Assembly: GCA_963169855.1 (NCBI GenBank)
Contig: CAUJCN010000002.1
Location: 581,608 to 645,607 of the forward strand
Reading direction: 5' to 3'
DNA length: 64,000 nucleotides
DNA from: Patescibacteria group bacterium
GTDB lineage: Bacteria; Patescibacteriota; Dojkabacteria; J137
Shown here: positions 57,528 through 64,000 of the stretch, one piece after another
Layout: each line of letters starts with the position of its first letter
How positions within the stretch are numbered: position 1 is the first letter of the stretch
Notes under the pieces: generated by a model
Told to the model about the DNA's origin: nothing
The model's database searches: none
What the model saw: only the letters and a program-made list of their open reading frames with translations
Position numbers and translations under genes: made by a program

Positions 57528-57788
57528 TTAGCGGTTCTTGCGGCCCTTGCCCTTCGCCGACTTGCGATGGGCGCGCCGTGCCGACTTCGCTTCTTCCTTC
57601 AGAGCGGTCGCCAGTTCGGGGTTCTTGCGGGCGATGCTCTTGAGCTGCTTGTCACGAACCGGCTTGCCGCTGGTGACGGCCTTCACGACGGCGTTCTCAC
57701 CCGTTTCGCGAATCTGCGCGACGTGACGGGGCTGATAGCGGACGATGAGCTTGCCTTTATTCTGAATCTTGCCATTCTTGTCGGTCAT
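57528..57788 (-). CDS. small Lys/Arg-rich protein encoded within an island of about 60% GC
   Basis: ATG preceded by AGGAGA; strongly GC3-biased codons (aag, cgc, gcc) unlike the rest of the window. Confidence 0.4.
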   Translation of the reverse strand: MTDKNGKIQNKGKLIVRYQPRHVAQIRETGENAVVKAVTSGKPVRDKQLKSIARKNPELATALKEEAKSARRAHRKSAKGKGRKNR

Positions 57789-58197
57789 GATGTTCGTTGT
57801 GTCTCCTGTTTTCCGTCGAATTCAAAATCCAACTGCGGTTAGAGCCACTCTTTATACTGAGAGTCATTCCTTTCTTCTGGTTCGGCGATAGATTTTTTAG
57901 ATCTCCTTTGCTAGTGCGTTTAAGTCAATTTATTACTGATGCAATCTACAAGATTTCTGCAGAATGCACCCCATAAGAACACCTTAATGTGCTTATGGGA
58001 TACAATCCTACATACTATCTGTTGCTTCTATTTTTAAGGATCAACCCGCATTTGAACTAAATTAGCATCATCTGCAGATTACCGTTTTAAGGTAAGGAAT
58101 TATAACAAAAAATGGAAATGTTGCCAATAAGCGATGACGATTTACAGGTAATGTTTTGAGGTTAAATTTATATATTAAAAGTATATATCGGGGATCG

Positions 58198-58512
58198 TTA
58201 TTGCTCAGATGCAATTCCGAACTCTTTTTGAATATCTTGTTCTTGGAGGTTAGCAACTGTTTCGAATAGAGTTTGAAGTTCTTTCTTGGTGAGTCCTAAG
58301 GATAGGGCAGCTTGGAATTTCTCAGATTTAAAAACAGTTCTTGGTATAGCAATGTTTTCTCCGTTTACAAAAATTTGAGCAACATCAGGTCGGAGGTAAA
58401 GTTTAATACTTCTGTCGTCTGTAGTTTTGTATATATCTACAGCACCAAATTTACCGCGCACCATAATTGTTCCGTCCTTTAGGTCTGGAGTAATCATGAA
58501 TGGTGGTTGCAT
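58198..58512 (-). CDS. hypothetical protein
   Basis: ORF only. Confidence 0.3.
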   Translation of the reverse strand: MQPPFMITPDLKDGTIMVRGKFGAVDIYKTTDDRSIKLYLRPDVAQIFVNGENIAIPRTVFKSEKFQAALSLGLTKKELQTLFETVANLQEQDIQKEFGIASEQ

Positions 58513-58599
58513 TTGTAAAACTTAACTATTAGGAGTTTAGCATTACAGATAGAAATTGAACAGACAAAGAATTAGTTAGGGGTATTGAAGATTAATATC

Positions 58600-58743
58600 G
58601 GAGTGGCCTGTTTATGCTAGACTTCACCAGGCAGGCGGGACTTCCCCCTACGCTAAACTTCGTTGAGCTACGGAGGACAGGCTTTCTCGTCCAGTCTAAA
58701 GAAAAATAAATGATTAGAAAATATCAAATGTTGAAGTAATCTA
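58600..58743 (-). other. GC-rich structured element immediately downstream of tRNA-Pro, ending in a 12-nt duplicate of the tRNA 3' end
   Basis: GCCACTCCGATA occurs at the tRNA 3' end and again at about 58603-58615. GCCUGU...ACAGGC closes about 75 nt of GC-rich sequence. Confidence 0.3.
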
Positions 58744-58817
58744 TCGGAGTGGCGGGACTCGAACCCACAACCCCGCGCTCCCAAAGCGCGTATTCTAGCC
58801 AATTGAACTACACTCCG
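58744..58817 (-). tRNA. tRNA-Pro (anticodon TGG)
   Basis: Manual cloverleaf: acceptor CGGAGTG/CACTCCG, D-stem GTTC/GAAT, anticodon stem CGCGC/GCGCG, loop TT-TGG-GA, T-loop TTCGAGT. Confidence 0.8.
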
Positions 58818-58879
58818 ATAATGTGGCAGGTAGAGTATACCGCAAAACCTCGATATTTCCAATCGACGAGAACGATTTA

Positions 58880-59953
58880 TTACTCTAGTAAATCAAGGAT
58901 AAAAAGGATCATTTCTAGCTGACCTTCGCAAGTAGATTCTTCCGGAGTAGAAACTATCATTTCGGCAAGTTCTTCAACCTCCTTATGGATCATCGAAAAC
59001 GCAACATTTGATGTTGCAGGTTCAATAGTTATTGTTCGTACTTGCCCCCACATATTGTAATCTCGTTGGAAAAGCGCGTTGTTTGTAAATGTGTGAATAA
59101 CCTCCTTAGGATCAATGTTCTCATTTAGTTCATCTAAGAACTCAATGTCTAAGTCAGAAGGATTTTCTGACATAAGGCTGAGTGTAAAAGAGTCGAATTT
59201 TTCGGATTCGGCATCAGATACTTCAGTGAACTGACTCACAGATGCTTCTTCTATGAAAAGAACACCAGGGTCAAAATTTTTAATTTCTCTTGTTTTTACG
59301 GTAGTGATTGGAAGTACATTGCCATTCAAGTTGATGCCTCCAGGAAAAACATTTTGCCTATTATTCAGTTTCCCATGATTTATTGCATTTAATAACTCGA
59401 AAACTAATTGATCTTGGAACTCTGATAAAAGTTCTGAGAACCGTTGTGATGGAATTTCAACAATCTCAGATAAATTCTGGATGAATCTACATAAAGATCT
59501 TACTAATTTTGCACATGCTGCTTTGTATTCCATCGATTTATTGGAGTAAATTTGCGATTCTTTAGTTTCTTCTTCGTCAGATCTAACTTCTAGTTCATTT
59601 TCCATTCTAATATTCTCAATAGTAGTAGAAAGGATTTCTGAATATATTGGAACGCCTACAAGATCTTCTAGCTTGAGTTCAACATCTGAATCTGAAGTAG
59701 GTACTCTCAATTCAAAAATACTCGTATAAGTAGTGACTACAATACACCCGTTCAAGATGGATACAAAAGTTTTATCCATGCAAGCTTCATTTACTTCGTC
59801 ATCTTCGCCGTTGTTTCGTGGAGTAATGTCGTCTTCGATAATTAATTCCTTGCACCCAGAAAGTTCTTGAGCTAGACCTATCAGCGCAGTAAGTTTACTG
59901 AAGGGGGTGCTTCTTTCAAACTGTCCGTCGAATCTGTTGCTGTAATCTACCAT
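58880..59953 (-). CDS. acidic hypothetical protein
   Basis: ORF only. Confidence 0.3.
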   Translation of the reverse strand: MVDYSNRFDGQFERSTPFSKLTALIGLAQELSGCKELIIEDDITPRNNGEDDEVNEACMDKTFVSILNGCIVVTTYTSIFELRVPTSDSDVELKLEDLVGVPIYSEILSTTIENIRMENELEVRSDEEETKESQIYSNKSMEYKAACAKLVRSLCRFIQNLSEIVEIPSQRFSELLSEFQDQLVFELLNAINHGKLNNRQNVFPGGINLNGNVLPITTVKTREIKNFDPGVLFIEEASVSQFTEVSDAESEKFDSFTLSLMSENPSDLDIEFLDELNENIDPKEVIHTFTNNALFQRDYNMWGQVRTITIEPATSNVAFSMIHKEVEELAEMIVSTPEESTCEGQLEMILFILDLLE

Positions 59954-60053
59954 CTTTTGTTATCTAAGTTTCGGGATTATACAATCCAAACCAGAAATAA
60001 AAAACCCACCTACGCTAAAAGCTTCGGTGGGTTTAAATTCGGTTCAATAGAGA

Positions 60054-60428
60054 TTAAAGATCTGCGATCATTAATCCTTCAATCTTTCTGTAATCATCAG
60101 CTCTGTCGGTAAGAAGTTTGCATTCATTTGCAAAGCAAGAAGCTAATAATAGAGCAGAAGATAGGCTAATTCCATGCTGTCTAATTAATTCTCCAGCTTT
60201 TGCAGCCATGTCTTTAGAAACATCAGCCACTTTAAAGTATTTATTTGTAAAATCCATAACTTCGTTTCTTAGATTTGCATCTTCGAAAGTACTACTAGCT
60301 AGCAACTCAGAATATGTTGTTGCTGGAATCCACATCTCATACTTTTCGTATGCCATAGGTAAAACACCTTTTCCAGTCTTCAAATACTGTGTGATTACAT
60401 CTGTGTCTACTACAATTTTTTCTTTCAT
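60054..60428 (-). CDS. PIN-domain protein (VapC-like toxin)
   Basis: IVVDTDVI N-terminal acidic motif and C-terminal LLTDRADDY. Confidence 0.5.
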   Translation of the reverse strand: MKEKIVVDTDVITQYLKTGKGVLPMAYEKYEMWIPATTYSELLASSTFEDANLRNEVMDFTNKYFKVADVSKDMAAKAGELIRQHGISLSSALLLASCFANECKLLTDRADDYRKIEGLMIADL

Positions 60429-60444
60429 ATCACAAATTTAAAAT

Positions 60445-60795
60445 TTAATTTTCAATTAAAGGTTTAGTAGAGTTGTTAACGTGTTGGCTTTCTACTTTAT
60501 TATCTTTGTCCCAAACAACAAAATCAATTTCTGGACCTAATTTTGAGTTAGTCTCAGGTTTCGCAGCAGGAGCTTGTGGTTTAGCTTTAGTAGCTTTTTG
60601 AGAAGGAGCTTTAGTTTCCTTTTCTTCTAGCTCGATAAAGTCTGAAATTCCAGTTTTTTTTATAACGTATCTAATCTTATTATAAGAACTCAAGTAAATT
60701 TCTCCAAATTCGTCAACCAAAGCGAAAATGTCTCCAGTTTTATTTTTAACTTCAGTTAAAGAAGCTACAACTTTTCCGCTTTTATCTTTATACAT
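60445..60795 (-). CDS. putative Phd/YefM-like antitoxin partner with an extended Lys/Pro/Ala-rich tail
   Basis: N-terminal beta-alpha region (VVASLTEVKNKTGDIFALVDEFGEIYL) directly upstream of the PIN gene. Confidence 0.3.
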   Translation of the reverse strand: MYKDKSGKVVASLTEVKNKTGDIFALVDEFGEIYLSSYNKIRYVIKKTGISDFIELEEKETKAPSQKATKAKPQAPAAKPETNSKLGPEIDFVVWDKDNKVESQHVNNSTKPLIEN

Positions 60796-60886
60796 AAAAA
60801 ACTTTAACTGCAGTAATTATAGCTAAATTGTATAATATGTCAATTTTCTATTTGTCGTATTTCGATTAAAAAAGTATAATTCGAGT

Positions 60887-61183
60887 ATGTTTAATGTCGA
60901 CGATTTTGTAAAAATTGTGTTAACTGTCTCATGTGCGATTGCGTTAGTAGGCATAGCTATTGCAATTATGCGTTTGTTGAACAAGGTTACAGTAACTATA
61001 GAAGATGCAAGAAAACCTATTCAAAACATTGGCGAAGTGAGCGACATGGCTCTAAACGATTACAAAGAAGTTAGAGGTTTCGTTTCCGATAGTTTGGGAG
61101 TCTTCTCTTTTATTAGAGGATTAACGGGAGGAGGTAAAAAGAATCAAAAAGCAGAAATAGAAGAAGAGGAAGACCTTCAGTAA
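60887..61183 (+). CDS. small membrane protein (DUF948-like)
   Basis: One TM helix and an acidic C-terminus. Confidence 0.3.
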   Translation: MFNVDDFVKIVLTVSCAIALVGIAIAIMRLLNKVTVTIEDARKPIQNIGEVSDMALNDYKEVRGFVSDSLGVFSFIRGLTGGGKKNQKAEIEEEEDLQ

Positions 61184-61250
61184 ACTTTCATTATCCTGAT
61201 TGCATTACCAGATCCCATGTTGTATAATAGCTATGTATTAATTTATAGGT

Positions 61251-61541
61251 ATGTCTAGCAAAAAATCAAATTTTAATAGAGAGAAAACTGCAAAATCAGC
61301 TGTGATGAAGAAATTCGGAGAGCATGAGAAAGATACAGGATCTCCAATTGTTCAGATTGCTTTAATGACTGAAAGAATCAAATATCTTACAGATCATTTA
61401 AAGGGAAACAAAAAGGACAAGCACTCAAGAAGAGGACTTCTTAAGTTAGTAGGAGACAGAAGAAAGATGGTTAAATATCTACAGAGAACAGCAGAAGATC
61501 AAGACAAAGCAACTAAGCAGTTAAGAGAATTAGGATTATAA
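61251..61541 (+). CDS. rpsO: 30S ribosomal protein S15
   Basis: [35 protein letters not shown]. Confidence 0.85.
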   Translation: MSSKKSNFNREKTAKSAVMKKFGEHEKDTGSPIVQIALMTERIKYLTDHLKGNKKDKHSRRGLLKLVGDRRKMVKYLQRTAEDQDKATKQLRELGL

Positions 61542-61565
61542 TCCAATTCTAACTATCAAATAAAA

Positions 61566-61600
61566 CCTCCGTTCGCCATTGGCGAGCGGGGGTTTTTTGT
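61566..61600 (+). terminator. intrinsic terminator of rpsO
   Basis: 12-bp GC-rich stem CCUCCGUUCGCC/GGCGAGCGGGGG followed by UUUUUUGUUU. Confidence 0.7.
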
Positions 61601-61634
61601 TTCCCAAGTAGAAAACTTAATGTAATATAGAGTT

Positions 61635-62630
61635 ATGAACAATGCGATCAGTGCAAGAAGAGAGCGACCACAATTTAAAAAAAGAAGACCTCAGAGGTTT
61701 AAAATTCCTAGGATCAAACTACCTTCTTCAAGTGGTTTGTACATTAAAATCTTAGTCTTTGCTATCATTTTTGGAATAGGATTCTTTCTGTATCAAAGTG
61801 TAAAAATTCAGGGATATGTAGTTTACGGTAATAATAGAATCAACATTCCCAGCGAACTTGAGCAAATAAAGGGCGATAGTTTATTTTCAAATATCGAAGC
61901 AAGATTCTTTCAGATCTTAGATCAAGATAGCGATAAAGTTGAGAATGTAAATATTGTTAAAAAAATTGGCGGACAGGTAATAATAGAGCTTATAGAAAAA
62001 TCTCCAAGAATAGCATATCTGGGAATGGATGGGATCGAACTTCTCGATGAAAACGGAGTAAATGTTGGAAGCTTAAACAATCAGAAATTCATAGAATTAG
62101 CGAATTACAATTTCTTCAATAGTTCAATTCAAAATATTGATGACGATAGAGTAGTGAGAAGATATTTAGATGTAAATGCAGATGTAGAAGGAGCTAAGCT
62201 TTGGGCTGATTTAACTACAGAAGAAAGACAAGCTTTTATAACTCAGCAGAAGGATTATTACATAGGTTTGTGGAATAACTTCATCACGACCCAAAAGGAG
62301 TTTTTCAACACTTCAAACTACAGAGATTTGAATATCGTTGTTAACAGAGTTTTAAATTCTCAGAATACAATAAAGCTTGATGCTCAGCTGATTCAATACG
62401 TTATTAACCTAAAAACATTCTTATCAAGGTATAATATAGATGTTAGTGAAATCAGGTACAAAGATATACTTTCATTCAGCTTTCTTACAACAACTGGGAA
62501 AGAATTAATTTTCAGAAAGAACAAAGATTTTCAAATTTTAGAAGGCGAACTAGGAACTTTTTTGTCTAAAGTAGGGATCAATAATGGGTCAACTTTTGAT
62601 TTCAGGGGAGAAATAATTTCCGTAAAATAA
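61635..62630 (+). CDS. ftsQ: cell-division protein FtsQ/DivIB-like (basic N-terminus, single TM, POTRA-like region)
   Basis: Topology and its position directly upstream of ftsA. Confidence 0.45.
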   Translation: MNNAISARRERPQFKKRRPQRFKIPRIKLPSSSGLYIKILVFAIIFGIGFFLYQSVKIQGYVVYGNNRINIPSELEQIKGDSLFSNIEARFFQILDQDSDKVENVNIVKKIGGQVIIELIEKSPRIAYLGMDGIELLDENGVNVGSLNNQKFIELANYNFFNSSIQNIDDDRVVRRYLDVNADVEGAKLWADLTTEERQAFITQQKDYYIGLWNNFITTQKEFFNTSNYRDLNIVVNRVLNSQNTIKLDAQLIQYVINLKTFLSRYNIDVSEIRYKDILSFSFLTTTGKELIFRKNKDFQILEGELGTFLSKVGINNGSTFDFRGEIISVK

Positions 62631-62733
62631 TTAACATTGTCCCTGAGATGGCTTATAATGGCTACTAACTAGTAATTTTTCCACTATCATAATAAAATAG
62701 TATACAATTAAAATGTAAATCTTAAGAAAGAAT

Positions 62734-64000
62734 TATGGCGAATATAGTTACTGCAATTGATATCGGGTCGTTTAAGGTATGTGCAATCATAGCTGTTATT
62801 GACGATGAAGGTAAGGCAAAAGTTATCGGAGAAGCTTCGGTTCCTGCAAATGGAATTAAAAAAGGTGAAATTACAGGCATTGACGAAGCAACAAATTCAG
62901 TAGCAAATGTATTGAATGCTGCAGAAAGAATGGCAGGTTTAACTGTTTCTTCAGCCTACGTTACAATCAACGGAAAGCAAATCCTATCAAATAATAATAG
63001 AGGAGTCGTGGCAGTTTCTGATGAAGAAATTTCAGAAGACGACGTTTTTAGAGCTTTAGAACAAGCAAGAACAGTATCTATCCCTAATACGAGAGAAATC
63101 ATTCACTTAATTCCGAGGGAATTTGTTGTAGATCAGCAAACAGGAATCAAGGTTCCTATTGGAATGACAGGATCAAGATTAGAAGTAGACTCTCATATTA
63201 TTTCTGTTCCAGTTACATCAAAGCACAACTTAGAAAAGTGTATGCAGATGATCGGTTTAAAGATCGATGGAATCGTATATACAGGATGGGCAGCTTCTCA
63301 TTCAGTTCTGACACCTACAGAAAAAGAACTTGGAGTAATGCTTTTAGACTTTGGAGGTGGAACAGTTTCTATTACAACTTTTGTTGAAGACGAAGTCACC
63401 TATAGTACTTCAATTCCCTTTGGAGGTAATAATATTACAAGAGACTTGGCTGCAGGCTTAAGATTATCTTTAGAAGACGCTGAAAAAGTAAAGGTAAGCG
63501 CAAATGAGCTTTTCAAAAAAGCAGATTTTGTTCAATCAAAACAGAAAAAGAAACCTTCAGAAGATAAGAAGGTCGAAGCTGACGATGAAGAAAAAGCAGT
63601 TGATGGAGACGAGGAAGACAAGACAGATATTCTAGATGTTTCATCTTTAGAAATAGAAGGAATAAAAACAATTTCAAGAAAATTCTTTACAGACATTGTT
63701 AGAGCAAGAGCACAAGAAATCTTTGAATTAGTAATGCAAAATGTAGAAGCTTCGGGTCATGACTTTAAGCTTCCGGCAGGAATCGTTATAACAGGAGGTT
63801 CTGCTCAAATTCCAGGGATTACAGCAATTGCAAAAGATGTATTTGGTGCTCCAGCAAGAGTGGGGACTCCAAGAGGTCTAGACGGCCTAGTAGAAGGGCT
63901 TTCTACACCATCATTTGCTGCAGCTCAAGGTCTATTAATCTACGCTCAAGGTGACGAAGTTGCTAGAGGAGATTCTGGTAAAATGATGGGCGGAGCAAGA
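62734..64000 (+). CDS. ftsA: cell-division protein FtsA (3' end lies outside the window)
   Basis: IVTAIDIGSFKVCAII actin-like N-terminus, DFGGGT and GGSAQIPGI motifs; no stop before the window end. Confidence 0.8.

Noticed and set aside
57538-57842. Plus-strand ORFs inside the high-GC block.
   Set aside because: Long open frames in all six frames are expected in 60% GC DNA. Only the minus-strand ORF has an ATG with an upstream AGGAGA.
58668-58862. A 64-aa ORF on the minus strand.
   Set aside because: It overlaps tRNA-Pro and so is spurious.
1-64000. CRISPR arrays or UGA or other stop-codon reassignment.
   Set aside because: No regularly spaced direct repeats were found. Long housekeeping ORFs are intact under the standard code.

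Overview
Low-GC (about 35%), gene-dense bacterial chromosome segment with many short overlapping genes and leaderless promoters. This fits a reduced genome of Patescibacteria/CPR type or another low-GC bacterium. Long ORFs are intact under the standard code. Housekeeping genes: dnaN (5'-truncated), holA, sodA, ddl plus a murF-like ligase, tsaD, ftsK, dnaJ, adk, argS, pcrA/uvrD, trmD, rpsO, ftsQ-ftsA (3'-truncated), three tRNAs (Ser-CGA, Arg-GCG, Pro-TGG), two tandem FemAB paralogues, a PilN/PilO-like set, and a UDP-sugar/glycosyltransferase cluster. Noteworthy accessory content, in order of interest: (1) a roughly 5 kb csoR-regulated copper-resistance island (csoR, cupredoxin-like gene, copZ, DUF305, copA, HMA-fused membrane protein) inserted at the 3' end of tRNA-Ser. 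It is bounded by about 90 bp imperfect direct repeats that include a decayed copy of the tRNA 3' end, and no integrase is left. (2) A compact GIY-YIG (YhbQ-like) gene flanked by about 30 bp inverted repeats, with a 25-bp-identical solo copy 17 kb away. (3) An abrupt block of about 320 bp at roughly 60% GC encoding a small Lys/Arg-rich protein. (4) Two GC-rich, structured non-coding elements; the one at 58.6 kb duplicates the 3' end of tRNA-Pro. Smaller items: a frameshifted four-helix-bundle gene, a kinase-like gene with a start-less in-frame N-terminal extension, a VapBC-like pair, a KsgA/Erm-family methyltransferase, and a block of elevated-GC hypotheticals at 34-38 kb and 51.5-56.6 kb.
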